Shown here one piece after another: positions 10,205-23,159 of a stretch of 40,821 nt of DNA. The position numbers and the translations under genes are program-made. Position 1 is the stretch's first letter; the number at the start of each line of letters is the position of its first letter. Source of the DNA: Octopus bimaculoides (lineage: Eukaryota); contig NC_068982.1 in NCBI RefSeq assembly GCF_001194135.2, positions 131,803,418 to 131,844,238 of the forward strand, given 5' to 3'. Below the pieces are notes generated by a model. It saw nothing but the letters and a program-made list of their open reading frames with translations. It made no database searches and had not been told where the DNA came from.

Positions 10205-10432
10205 TTTCTACAAAATGTCTGAAATTTTGTGGGAGGGAGCTAGTCAATTACATTGACACCAGTTCTCAACTGGTAATTATTTTATTGTCCCTGATGGGAT
10301 GAAAGGCAAAGTCAGTCTCAGAAATGTCTGTCATTACATTCTGAGTTCAAATGTAAAGACAGAGTGTAAAGACAGAGTGTAAAGACATACAAAATGCCAC
10401 CAAGCACTTTGTCTGGTGTGCTAACAAATCGG
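10205..10432 (-). mobile_element. SINE family 3, diverged and internally rearranged
   Basis: GGATGAAAGGCAAAGTC block, plus an inverted 30-nt piece and a 13-bp triplication. Confidence 0.7.
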
Positions 10433-11058
10433 GTGGGGTAAACTTTCACAAGAAACACAGCAAATTATGAGTGACATGATATAAAGCAATTGGCTTCTCA
10501 GCTAATGGAATGAGAAGAGGCAACATGGTTCCAGTCAAGTCTGAGGAACAAAAGCCAATAGGTAGAGAGAGGAGACAGTGAGCTCATGAGACAGAAGCTG
10601 AATATGTCTGTGAATGACGATGTTAATGGAGACTCATTTTTTGGATGTGGTCAAGGTTGTGAGAGCAATACTTCTCTCTCAGATTCATCTGAGAGCTTCA
10701 TAGTGTATCAACAATTGCAAGGATCTGAAGTCTCTTTTGGCCCTGAAGGGAGGGCCAGTTATTGAGATGCAAGCCTGGCTACATAAAGCATGTACTCACC
10801 ATATTTGATGGCATAAAAGACATATGAGCATATTAAACAAACTCCAATTTCAGCAGTGCATATTTAGGAAAATGTTTTTAGTGCATTAAAGCATGCAATA
10901 TTTAAAGCAACTTTGCATATAGAACACAGGCCGAGTTGTTGAGATATTTTTTTCATATTTGAAAATAAGGGCATATCATATGCCATCAAATATGGTAATC
11001 ATTTTATATGATGAAGACCATACAAAGTGATAATAATTTTAAATAATTTTCAACATAC

Positions 11059-11178
11059 CTGTCGAAGTAATGAAGCTGTTAGACCATTATAAAAACCCAA
11101 AATGCCATCAGTTTTAATAATACGCGCTAAAAGTGTTGTGGTCCGAACTTTTTCTTTCTGCTGTGTTTGAAGATGAAC
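11059..11178 (-). CDS. SLC25A10: Mitochondrial dicarboxylate carrier, coding exon 2
   Basis: Acceptor TTTTGCTTACAG and donor CAG|GTATGT. 120 nt translating VHLQTQQKEKVRTTTLLARIIKTDGILGFYNGLTASLLRQ, which continues exon 1 in frame (LLK|VHLQTQQ). Too short for the ORF track. Confidence 0.95.
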
Positions 11179-11282
11179 CTGTAAGCAAAATGGAAAAAAT
11201 AAAATAAAAAACATCATATAGGTGAGTGTTTCTACTTACACCAATATACAGGAATCAATATCAAGAATGTATGTGTAGCTAT

Positions 11283-11578
11283 GGAGGAGCAATGGCCCAG
11301 TGGTTAGGGCAGTGGACTCGCGGTTGGAGGATTATGGTTTCGATTCCCAAACTGGGCGTTGTGAGTGTTTATTGAGCGAAAACACCTAAGCTCCACAAGG
11401 CTCCAGCAGGGGGTGGTGGCGACCTCTGTTGTACTCTTTCGCCCCAACTTTCTCTCACTCTTTCTTGAGTAATGCTGCAATGGACTGGCGTCCCGTCCAG
11501 CTGGGGGGAACACATACGCCATAGAAACCGGGACACCGAGCCCATGAGTCTGGCTAGGCTTTGAAAGGGCCACGTTTA
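11283..11578 (+). mobile_element. SINE family 4 (tRNA-derived, V-domain-like centre)
   Basis: A-box TGGCCCAGTGG, B-box GGTTTCGATTCCC, central TGCAATGGACTGGCGTCCCGTCCAG...GAAACCGGG resembling the V-SINE domain (from recall). Lies about 100 bp from the exon 2 acceptor, antisense to the gene. Confidence 0.7.
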
Positions 11579-12082
11579 TTGTTATGTGTAGCTATAAAAA
11601 AACACCTATTCTTGAGAAAGAAAAAGCTGTTCCTTTGATGACACAAATGTTAATATTCTTAGGTCAACAGGTCAATCAGTAGCAATGCACATTCCAAGAC
11701 AAGTGGAATGAAAATTTAGTTAAGGTTTAATGACAGGAATGGAACTCAGTTGCAAAACAAGAATTATATTCCTCTAACACATGATAGCATTGTAAAACAA
11801 ACATAAAATGAACAAATGATATATTCCTTTTCTTCTACTGATGATTGCTATTTAAAGCATGAAACTTCAGCAATGTCTGGATAATATGTTTATTTTAATA
11901 TGTACCTTGTCAACTGTTTCTCATTATTGCACATGTATGTATGCATGCATCATGTGTGTGTATTATGTAAGATTTAGAAAAGGAACTCAGAAAGAAACAC
12001 AGTATGACATGAATGCAGTGTTAATCTAACACTTGAATGAAACGAAAAGTATCTTACACATTTTGAGCATTAGTTCTTCTGG

Positions 12083-12117
<35 letters not shown>

Positions 12118-12581
12118 AGAGATGAAGAGGAAACAGAGAGAAATTAATTAGAACATGGAGAAGAAAAGGAAAAGGCTTTTTAGCCCAAGAGATAGGCTTC
12201 CTATGAGGTGGTTTCAGAAAGGGTGGATTGGTAAGTGAATGGGTACTTATGTCAAAGTGTGTGTGTGTGTGTATACATGGGATTTACACACACACACAGA
12301 TATATTTACAGAGAGAGAGAATACACACACACACACACATATATATATGTGTATATATACACACACATGTTCTGCACTACAGATCACAATAAGTTTTTGT
12401 ATTGCTTTAGATTTTGAATGATGCCATCCAGTTGGCTAGATGGGTTGGCCAACATATACCCTAAGTGGTATGCCTGTTCATTGCCAGATTGCTTATTTAC
12501 AGATGAGTGAGCTGGAACCATGTGAAATGAAGTGTTTCATTTCAGAACACAATGCACACACACACACACACACATGCACAT

Positions 12582-12583
<2 letters not shown>

Positions 12584-12654
<71 letters not shown>
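12584..12654. repeat. (TG)n microsatellite
   Basis: About 35 units, preceded by a (CA)n tract at ~12555-12573. Confidence 0.95.
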
Positions 12655-12658
<4 letters not shown>

Positions 12659-13129
12659 TTAAGGTCATAAATTGTTTTATACTCCAACTGAGAGGAATTA
12701 TCAAAAGCATATTTTATCCTTTTGACTTGTTAACAGGCATATTGGTGTCTTATGGTGTTACGACAGCAATTAGAAAATCTTGCAGTTCTTTAAATGATAC
12801 CAGTTTTTACATTTGTATTCAGAAACAAGTGCTGGTATTTGTTTGAGGATCTCAGGACCATGTTATTTATTTCATATTATATTTTGGGAAACAGTTGTTG
12901 GTTATGGGCTAATCACTGGTTCACTGAATTCATGATGACAAAGAAGCAGAAGATCTTCTATGCAACCTAGGCAGAACAAATACCACAAGAGCCTTACTGG
13001 TTTGCAAGCAGATCTTTACATTTTTCACTGATGTACATTATCAAACAATATACGTGTATGTTACCCACATACACATTTACACAAACAAACACATAAGTAC
13101 ACAAACATTTATACACACACACATATAAA

Positions 13130-13440
13130 GAGGCACTGTGTTGCTCACAATGATAAGGGTTCCAGTTGACCTCATCAGCGTAACAGATTGCACATGAAAT
13201 TACCATGCAAGTAGCTGAACACGCCACAGACATGCATTCTTTTAGTGTAGTTCTCAGGGACATTCAGTGTAAGACAGAATGTGACAAGACCAACCATTTT
13301 CAACTGCAGATACTACTCATTTTTGCTAGCTGAGTGGACTGGAGCAATATGAAATAAAGTCTCTAGCTAAAGAACACAACATGCCGTCAGGAATCAAACT
13401 CACAACCTTACAATTGTGAACAGAATATCTTAGTCATGTG
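13130..13440 (-). mobile_element. SINE family 5 (tRNA-like head, CORE-like block)
   Basis: Minus strand has GTGAGTTTGATTCC B-box, then TGTTGTGTTCTTTAGCTAGAGACTTTATTTCATATTGCTCCAGTCCACTCAGC. Related fragments near 5440-5480 and 12490-12552. Confidence 0.55.
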
Positions 13441-13924
13441 CTTTCACAAACATACATATATATACATCCATAGAGTGGCACAGCTAGAGTGCATGCTGCC
13501 CAGAGCAGCCACTGAGTCTGCCATTCCACTACCAGGACTCCAAGCCTATACAGGCTTATACAACAGACCCAAATATACTACCCCATAAAATTGTCACCTT
13601 GGGTAACCACCTCACCCCCAGGTACCTTACACACACACACACATTGGGCCCCTGGCCACCAATATCCCTTCACAAAGCATTAACCAACTTCAAAGTCACA
13701 AAGCATTAACCAACTTCTCTCTAAGGTGTCACACAGTAGGGTCAAGCCTGGGACCATATGGTCATAAAGTACAAAGCCTAATCACACAACTATGCATGTT
13801 ACCAATCACAGGTTCCTTAAATATAAAGGGTTGGCATATTTTAAAGAAAGTACTGTTCTATGTTTACAATGATATTCTCTTTTAGATCTTTGAATAAAAT
13901 ATTTTTGGATCCCTTTCTTTTGAT

Positions 13925-14130
13925 TTTTATTCTTTTACCTATTTCAGTCACTGGACTTCAACCATGTTGGAGCACCATTTTGGAAGGTTTAATTGAACAA
14001 ATCGATTCCAATACTCACTTTTAAGTGAGTCAAACTACTAAGTTATGGGGACACAAACAAACTAACACTGGTTGTCGAGAGGTAGAGGGCAAATACAAAC
14101 ACAAAGATACACACATATACATACATACTG
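13925..14130 (-). mobile_element. SINE family 1, 3' half, diverged
   Basis: TTTCAGTCA...CCATGTTGGAGCACC...ACTAAGTTATGGGGACACAAAC matches the family tail half. Confidence 0.65.
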
Positions 14131-15037
14131 TAAATCCAATATATTTCAATTTCATTGTAACTCAGGCTTAGAATAGAAAGCACTTTCGTCATTCACTCTC
14201 GGGCAGACAGCTGCTTGGAATGCTGAAAGTACTTTTGATGTCAGAGTAATTTAGGTTACAGAATATGTTGAGATTATCTTTTTGCATGATAGCTTACATT
14301 ATTGACTTTGCAACAGTGGCTAACCTTGACACTCCCCAAGTTAAATAACCTTTTGTGATACCTGTATACAAATGGGAATAATTTCTTGTTAGTGTCATGA
14401 TGTTCCATACTATACCCGTTGCTACATTATTATGTAAGGTTCCATGACCTGATTCTCTTCTACGTAACTGTGCTTTTATTTTTCAGAAACCATTCCCCTC
14501 TTCCTTGTTTAATATCAAACAACAATCTATCACACACTACACACATGCAAACACATAGAAACACAAGCACACTTGTGTTCAATCTGATATTGATATAAGA
14601 ATCACTTAGATTTTATATTGCAGATAAGCGAACTAAATAGGTAAACACATTGTTTTGTAAATACACAGATTCAACTAGAGTTCAAGATATATATATATTT
14701 ACAATAAAACAGGTGTTTAGCATTGACAACTCTCATAAAGTTACACTAACAACTCACATCAAAAGTGAACATTTATGTAGTTAATATACTTGCTCCCAGC
14801 AGCAGCTTATTTTTGCTTTCCAGAGAATTGAAAATAATATTTTCATACTTGGGAATGGTCATATTTTGCCAATTAAACATGTGCTCTATATATTTGGCCT
14901 TCACTTCAGTTTTATTATTATTTTAGTTTCTTTGTCAGAATGCTTTCATCCCACATCCTATAACCTCTTCAATGACTGTATCTCATGTGCCTGGGATAGA
15001 GATAAAACTGAAGTGAAGACCAAATATATAGCATAAG

Positions 15038-15074
<37 letters not shown>

Positions 15075-15863
15075 CTTCTACAAGGCCTCTCATTTTAGGG
15101 GAAAGTGACTGGCTGATTATATTGACCCTAATCAATATAATCAACTGGTACTTATTTTATCAACTCTAAAAAGATGAAAACCAATGTTGACCTCAGCAGA
15201 ATTTGAAGTCAGAATATAAGGCCAGAAGAAATGCTGCTAAGCATTTTGTCCCATGTGGTCATGATTCTACCAGCTCGCTGCCTTTTTTTATAGAAACAAT
15301 AATAATAATCCTTTCTTCTATAGGCACAGGGCCTGAAATTTTGGATAAGTGGGGTTCTTGTCAATCACATCAACCCTAGTGCTCTACTGGTAATTACTTC
15401 ATTAATCCTGAAAGGATGAAATACAAAGTCAATTTGAACTTTGGAATTTGAACTCAGAATCATCATCATTGTTTAACATCTGTTTTCCATGCTGGCATGG
15501 GTTGGATGGTTGGGAGCTAGCCAGCAGGGGAGCTGTCAAGACTTCAATTGTCTGTTTTGCCATAGTTTCTACGGCTTTGATGCCCTTCCTAATGCCAGCC
15601 AATTTACAGAGTGTGCTGGGTGCTTTTTACATGCCACCGGCACCAAAATGTAATAATAAAAATAAATGCTAATTGTTCTTCTATATGTACAAGGCCTGAA
15701 GTTTTGGTGTAGGGGCTAGCCAGTCACATCGACCTCTGTGGTACTTATTTTATCAACCCTGAAAGAATGAAAATTAAAGTTGGCTTTGCTGGAATTTGAA
15801 CTCAGACCATAATACTACAAGAAACGCCACTAAGAATTTTGTACATTGGGCTAACAATTCTGC
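15075..15863 (-). mobile_element. Three tandem SINE family 3 copies (~15075-15282, ~15306-15456, ~15665-15863) separated by (AAT)n and a family-2 copy
   Basis: Repeated ACTGGTACTTATTTTATCAAC...GATGAAA...GGAATTTGAA(C/G)TCAGA blocks. Confidence 0.8.
15457..15650 (-). mobile_element. Retroposon family 2, diverged
   Basis: CATCATCATCATTGTTTAAC...CCATGCTGGCATGGGTTGGATGG...GATGCCCTTCCTAATGCCAGCC. Confidence 0.78.
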
Positions 15864-15882
15864 AAGCAATAATAATAATAAA

Positions 15883-16110
15883 AGGCAGTGATCTGGCAGA
15901 ATCATTAGCACGCCGGGTGAAATGCTTAGCGGTATTTCGTCTGCTGTTATGTTCTGAGTTCAAATTCCGCCGAGGTCGACTTTGCCTTTCATCCTTTCAG
16001 GGTCGATTAAATAAGTACCAGTTACACACTAGGGCTGATGTAATCTATTTAATCCCTTTGTCTGTCCTTGTTTGTCCCCTCTATGTTTAGCCCCCTGTGG
16101 GCAATAAAGA
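15883..16110 (+). mobile_element. SINE family 3, well-preserved copy
   Basis: AAGGCAGTGATCTGGCAGAATCATTAGCACGCCGGG head and full central block with intact CpGs. Confidence 0.88.
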
Positions 16111-16134
16111 AAAAAATAAATAATAATAATAATA

Positions 16135-16460
16135 ATTTTTTTTCATTTGCAACAGGGGCACAGATGAAGGAGACATCACAAGGATAGTCTACAATTTATG
16201 TAGGGGGTTTACATAAAAGATGAAGAGAAAGCAAGGGAAAAGATGATGCATTGAAATAAAGTATACATAGTATACAAAGTATTTAAACACATAAATGATG
16301 TAGTTCTCCTGATTCAGGAGAACCTCTAACTCAGGCCAGTCAAAAACCCCCCACAGATCCAGGATTACCCTGACCGCAAAAGGGACGAGTCTTTACCAAA
16401 CAGTTGTCCTCCAATCTACAGGCATATGCTTAGAGTCAGTCCATTTACCCTCATCATTTT
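16135..16460 (-). mobile_element. 3' tip (ORF2 end, 3'UTR, poly(A)) of the same L1/Tx1-like group
   Basis: Minus strand reads IAKMMRVNGLTLSICL*, then a UTR alignable by eye to 40020-40110 (CTGGATCTGTG...CTCCTG.ATCAG.AG.ACTA.ATC), ending GCAAATGAAAAAAAA. Confidence 0.6.
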
Positions 16461-16763
16461 CGCTATGTGGAAATGGCAGTGGTGGTGGTGGTAGTAGTGG
16501 TGGTGAAGGTGTACGGCTGAGTGGGTAGAGCATTGGGCTCACAATCATGAGGTAGTGAGTTCAATTCTTGGACCAGGAGGAGAACTTTCTAGCTTCAATC
16601 CCATGGCCATTCATGACTGAAGGGGGCATTTAGTAGTAGTAGTAATAGTAGTAGTAGTAGTAAAAGAGCTTGAGGAAACTAGTGGTGTTCTGTGTCAGCA
16701 TAAATGATTTAGTGACGTTTGTAAATTTGGATGAGTTAAATTAATGTTTATTTAATTTCTCCC

Positions 16764-16973
16764 TTACTCTTTTACTTGTTTCAGTCATTTGACTGCAGCC
16801 ATGCTGGAGCACCACCTTTAATCGAGCAAATCAACCCCAGGACTTATTCTTTGTAAGCATAGTACTTATTCTAGCGGTGTCTTTTGCCGAACCACTAAGT
16901 TACGGGGACGCAAACACACCACCATCGGTTGTCAAACGATGTTGGGGGGACAAACAGACAGAAACATATACAC

Positions 16974-17026
<53 letters not shown>

Positions 17027-17193
17027 TATGACGGGCTTCTTTCAGTTTCCGTCTACCAAATCGACTCACAAGGCTTTGGTTGGCCCGAGGCTATAGTAGA
17101 AAACACTTGCCCAAGGTGCCACGCAGTGGAAATGAACCTGGAACCATGTGGTTGGTAAGCAAGCTACTTACCACACAGCCACTTCTGCACCTA
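16764..17193 (-). mobile_element. SINE family 1
   Basis: Full length and near-identical to 1513-1938 and 17486-17886. Confidence 0.9.
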
Positions 17194-17485
17194 CAAAAGA
17201 TTTTGCTTGAAAACAGAAGTATTCACATCCTCTAATAGTGTATGGACTTATCCAAATTTATTAAAATACAACTTAGGAGGATATTAAACAATGATGGTGA
17301 TGATGTTTACATTTGTATTTCTCCTGACAAGATGCATAATAGGTCTTTTATTAAACTCTACAAGTCCAAATCTTTCTCATCAGTTATTCAATAATACCAT
17401 CACTTGCAATTGTAGAGTGAACCACACTATAAGAACAACTATTCACAGCTGCATATAATAAAGCCAGGGAAGAGTTAACTGCTAT

Positions 17486-17886
17486 ACTCTTTACTCTTTT
17501 ACTTGTTTCAATCATTTGACTGTGGCCATGCTGGAGCACCACTTTTAGTCGAGCAACTCGACCCTGGGACTTATTCTTTGTAAGCCTAGTACTTATTCTA
17601 TCAGACTCTTTTACCGAACCACTAAGTTACGGAGACTTAAACATGCCAGCATCGGTTGTCAAGCGATGTTGGGGGGACAAACACAGACACACAAACACAC
17701 ACATATATGTATACATATATACGACGGGCTTCTTTCAGTTTCCGTCTACCAAATCCACTCACAAGGCTTTGGTCGGTCCGAGGCTATAGTAAAAGACACT
17801 TTCCCAAAGTGCCACGCAGTGGGAATGAACCCGGAACCATGTGGTTGGTAAGCATGCTACTTACCACACAGCCACTCCTACGCCTG
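17486..17886 (-). mobile_element. SINE family 1
   Basis: Full length, same orientation, about 290 bp from the preceding copy. Confidence 0.9.
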
Positions 17887-17913
17887 ACTAAAGAAACAGC
17901 AAAATCCCTCAAC

Positions 17914-18140
17914 CATCATCATTTAATGTCCATTTTCCATGCTGGCCTGGGTTGGATGGTTGGACAGGAGCTGACCAGCTGAAGATCTTCCCAGGCCTCA
18001 TGTCTGTTTTGCTGTGGTTTCTATGGTTGGATCCCTTTCCTAACATCAACCCCTTTACAAAGTGTATTGGGTGTTTTTACACAGCAGTGCCATGGGTGCG
18101 TTTACGTGGCATCAGTACAGGTGTGCTTTTTATGACTCAG
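17914..18140 (-). mobile_element. Retroposon family 2, diverged
   Basis: CATCATCATTTAATGTCC...TTTCCATGCTGG...GGTTGGATGG and CCTTTCCTAACATCAACC. Confidence 0.7.
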
Positions 18141-20460
18141 CCAGCTGTCTCCACCTTCACATCAATACAATTAAGCTCAATATTTAAGTGTACAGCAATT
18201 TCATTTGTTAAATTAATACTCTTACTAATAATGCATGCAGGGTGAAGTACCATAAGCTGGAGAACAAAGAAAGGGTATCTATAACAGAGAGAAACCAAGG
18301 TAATCAATGGATGAAGTAATAATTGAACACTTACACATTTATTTTAATATTTGAGATCAGTTCAGTAACAAGTATACAGCTATTTCTATTTCTTTAACTC
18401 CTTTTCATACCCACCCACCTGAGATCATTCACGGTTCAATGATTCAAACACTCTGTTGCAAAATGATCTAAATCAGAATCTTCCATTAAAATTCCAACTT
18501 AATTTTCATTCCAAACACCAACTCAATAATGGAAAAGTTGTTTTACTAAATACTTTATTATTTTTGAAATTAATTGAAGCAAAGATAGCTTATTTCAACA
18601 GAAATTTGGTAACGAAGGAGTTAAAAGGTTTTACTTGTAATCTCTGTAAGTAGAATAGATTCTCTCTTGTTTTAGTTTACTTTAAAGAAACAACCTTCTG
18701 GAGATCACAGTGGAAATAGCAACAGGTCATTTTGTTAGCAATTATCCATTAAAGCAGTTACCAGTACTATAACATTAGACCAGAGATTGACATTGGCAAT
18801 ACATTATTACTACAAGATGACAGTTACATTATTAATAACAGCATAACAGAGTAATCACTGCTACTTCATCAATTATCACTTCTTAACATTAGCATTGCAA
18901 CTACTACGACTACAATCACTGCCATTACTTATTGACACATTAACAAATAACACCAACCTGATATATGCAGGTTGTGCTGCTAATGGACATGTAGTACAAA
19001 TGAACAATGCATGTAGGGCAAAGAAGTGTAATAACATGGTGGAGGAAAGAGAGGAAGGATAGCAGTGACAGAGTCAAACAAAAAAAGTAAATTTCAATGA
19101 AATGATAAATCTGCACCTAAAGATACTGTGTCTCACAAGTGAATGTCAGTTAGCTCTGACATAATGGAAATTTTGGCACAAGGCCAGCAAGTTCAGGCAA
19201 AATATGTTGAAATCCCACCAGCTCTGTCGTGTGACTTTTAGAGCACTCCCATAACTTTTTGTTTCAAGGCCGCATCTCTTCAATCAAAATTCATAATCTA
19301 CGCACCTTTTATTCATGGCTATATTTTACTTTATTCTATCTGAAGTTCAATATTTCATGTTATCCTAAAGAACATCTTTAAAAGTACAACAAGTTAAATT
19401 TATTTAGGTCTGTTACAAATTTCAATAAGTAAAACTTCCAGATACGAATAAAAGAGCACTTTTATAAACCGGGCAAATTTCAAAGACAAACATGGCAGCA
19501 CTTTTCACTTTGCGAAATCATCGATCAGTTCAGAATAATCAAGCTGAGAGATAAGTTCGTGTTCAGTTGATATCATGTACAATCCACAGAGTCTGGTACA
19601 TGTTCGTGATACAATGTAATATTTTTACAAGGACTTTTGCAGGCAGAATGCATTACCATTTTATTTGTTGAAATTTTCAGTTAACATAGATAGTTTAATT
19701 CTTGTTCAACATCTTAACCAAAGTAAATAGATGACTCATTAGAGCCCCTCAACCATGGATGCCCCCTACGACTACAGGGGTTGCAAGGGCTTAGCAACGG
19801 CCCAGAATCATATGTAATGTCAACTTCATTATTATTCCTCACAGAGTCAAAAGAAAAAGTACATATCACACACACACCAAAGCTATTTCAACCAACTATG
19901 CCTGCTCCAATTTGTAACTTTGTATCAATTTCTGTAATTATCAGAAACTAATAAAATTATCTTTAGATAAACATTTAAAAACATTCAGATGACCTAGAAA
20001 AAATGTTGTTTTCAACAGTATGATTCTGAATGAAACCCACATCGCATTATTTTAAAATTTTATGCAAATAAATATATTTATCTCTCATGATATATGCCTG
20101 ATAATATAGGCTTACAATTTTACAGTGTAATCTTTCTGACCTTCATGTACACAAATGTATGTATGTATGTACATATATATATGTAGAAACTAGTACAAGT
20201 AATGTGGACACAGATTTCACATTTTTATGACATAGTCTCAAGTTGTGTCTCGCTGCTTGTCACCTTGGCCAAGTGTCATCTCTTGCAGCTTTGGGTCAAC
20301 TGAATGCCTTGCGGGTGAAACAGGGAGACAGAAACTACATAGAAGGCCATCATACGTGTTATGGGTGTCTGTATGTGTACACACACACACACATATACAG
20401 ACATGCATTGTATCATGTTTATCATATTTCTCCTTATATATTTAAATCTATATCTATCTA

Positions 20461-20514
<54 letters not shown>

Positions 20515-20524
20515 NNNNNNNNNN
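20515..20524. other. Assembly gap (10 N) within (TA)n
   Basis: Run of N. Confidence 0.99.
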
Positions 20525-21689
20525 ATATATATATATATATATATATACATCTATATTTTATTTATGTATTTATGGGTTTCAGCCAAGTGGCTGTGGTCAT
20601 GCTGGAGCACCACCGTGACTGTCCGTCTTTATATATATACATATTTTAAAGAGGTCATAGGCCAACAGGTGTTGGGGTCTGACAATACACCATAAAGTTA
20701 AACCCTTTATGGACGGGAAACCCAGGATAACTCCATAAACTGGCCTTCACCAGGAAAATATATACACACACACATATACATACACACACACATATATATA
20801 GATATGTAATTATGTGTGTGTGACTGTATGACTGTTTATATTCCTCACTCTGTTTACTCAATCTCAACCACTAAAATGAATTTTATAAAGCAAGATTAGT
20901 TAGTAATTTTTACAGATATCAAAGTGAAGATCTCGGTCATTACAAGGATTATAAAATCACCAGCTATTCACATCTCAGTGAATTGCTTAAATTATACAAT
21001 TCAACAAATTCAATAAACTGTTTGCTGTTGTAATATATTATTTCCTGAAACTATCATGCATCTTATATTAGTACATGTTGCTTGTATGTCAAAGTAATTC
21101 AAATCACCCTTTGTCTCACACACAATACTCACAAAACAATCGATATGTGTTCAAATGGTGTTCAAAGAAAACATTTTATTCTGAACCAGAAAGGTAAGCC
21201 TTCTTTGTAATTATAATAGTATACAAATACTAAAACAAAACAGAGATAATGAATGCAGTTTGCATATGCTAATTCAGGACAACAATTGATTTTTCTTTAA
21301 TTTATTATGAGTGAAGATTTCAATCTAGACCCTGAGTACTGTCTATCTATATATTAGTTTCTGCTAGTTTAGTTGTTCAACCTACACTTGATTACCTTTT
21401 TGTTACATTTCTGCTAAGTGAATAGCTCCAGAGAAGTTCAAAGTCTTGCCAAACTCATAGGAGAGTACTAATGTCCAAATATGAACTATGTAAGTCTTGA
21501 AATGAGAAGTTAATATCTGACCCAACCAACCATTGCAATTTCACGAAAAGAAAAAAAACACATTTCTCACAAAATAGCTCCTGGAAAGGGCTCACAGTTT
21601 CTGCCCACTGGTGGTGTTGACACAAGAAGTTATTGTATTAACTTCAAGCTACACAATCTACTGACCCAATAGATTTAGTTTTACTACAC

Positions 21690-21919
21690 CATTTTGAGTG
21701 TGGCCGTTGCCAGTACTGCCTGACTGGCCTTCGTGCTGGTGGCATGTAAAAGCACCCACTACACTCTTGGAGTGGTTGGCGTTAGGAAGGGCATCCAGCT
21801 GTAGAAACTCTGCCAAATCAGATTGGAGCCTGGTGTAGCCATCTGGTTCACCAGTCCTCAGTCAAATTGTCCAACCCATGCTAGCATGGAAAGCGGACAT
21901 TAAACGATGATGATGATGC
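21690..21919 (+). mobile_element. Retroposon family 2
   Basis: Near-identical to 8699-8967, including the (ATG)n tail. Confidence 0.9.
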
Positions 21920-23149
21920 TCAGGTTAAAAGTTAATCCTCTCCTGAATCATTAAGACTCCTACATCCACTTCAGATTTCTGAATTCTACTACAACAATGG
22001 ATAACAGATAAATTGCTCCTGGAAAAGATGCTGTTGTAGTGCAGTAACCTTTCCCAGATTTATCAATTGTAAGTCAACTGATAAATACTTATCAATCAAC
22101 AATTATTTCACCTAGAATCTTGGAACTTATAACTTCAAACAAAGCCACACAGCTCTTGTCCTCTCAACATCCTTTCCGTTTCACCTTCCATATCCCACAT
22201 TAAAAAAATTTCTTCAAAATTCCTCTTCACCATCTTTAATCTTTTCCTGCCTTCATTTTCTAACATTTTATTCATTTTATCTTGATTTGTTTTTCTTCTC
22301 TGTCCATCCACATATATTTGAAATGTCAACCAACCTAAAAGAAGTTCAAAGTTCACAATCATTGTATCTTCACCCCCACTACCATCACTTCTCTGCCTAA
22401 CTGTTGACAATATTCCATCAGTATAACCTTATAAATTTTTACTGTACATATGAGAAAAAGAATGCAACAATAGCAGGTCATAAGAAAAAAATGGAAACAC
22501 AAATAAGTAAATAATAGCAAAATATGAAGGATGAGACTGTAGCGAGGAACAAGAAGCCAGCACCATTTTGAATGAGATCTTGCCAGTAGCCATTGCCAAG
22601 TGTGAGACAAGAACAAGATCTCACCTGCAACCATTTGCCATGCGTGAGACGACAACAAGATTCTTGCCGGCAATCAGTATTTAAGTAAGGGAACGACATT
22701 CTCTCTTTCACTCTTCTCACGCTTTTCATAGACTTCGTATCATGCTGGTGTATTTGCTGATTGCGTGAAGAATTGTTGGCTGTTTTGTGCTACTTTGCAG
22801 CAGTTTTCTGGTTGTGTTTTCTCTCCGCCTTTAAGGATAAATAGCCATGGCAATAGTAAAGAATATGTTCTATTTGGACCTTAGTGGGTCCGAATTGTCC
22901 TCTTCGGAGGAGCTTGTACGAGCAGTTGATAGAAGAAAAGAAGGAAGAAAAGTTTTGCTAAACCACATGTTGCTATGAAGATGGTCACTGAGAGCGAACC
23001 ACATGAACGAGAACTCTGTAAATAAACGGCTATTGAATTGTACTCCACTTGTGAACTTCTTCATGTTCCAGATCCTTGAAACTACAAAAATAATTATAAT
23101 AGAAGAAGATACTCCACAGGTATCATAAACCTTCCGTTCTATTATAAAA

Positions 23150-23159
23150 TGGTGACCCC
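23150..23159 (+). promoter_or_regulatory. Primer-binding site complementary to the tRNA-Trp 3' end
   Basis: TGGTGACCCC lies 3 nt after the LTR-A end and is complementary to the ...GGGGUCACCA 3' end of eukaryotic tRNA-Trp. It is absent after the 3' LTR remnant, as expected. Confidence 0.7.

Noticed and set aside
11283-11360. tRNA-like sequence with A and B boxes (also the heads of families 1, 3 and 5)
   Set aside because: No complete cloverleaf, and it continues into a SINE body. These are SINE heads, not tRNA genes.
13670-13717. 22-bp direct repeat TCACAAAGCATTAACCAACTTC x2
   Set aside because: Only 4 bp apart, so a local slippage duplication rather than a TSD around an element.
21100-21500. 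Strong plus-strand donor-like sites (AAG|GTAAGC at ~21193, TAT|GTAAGT at ~21490) suggesting a nested antisense gene
   Set aside because: No open frame with recognisable protein similarity and no consistent exon chain.
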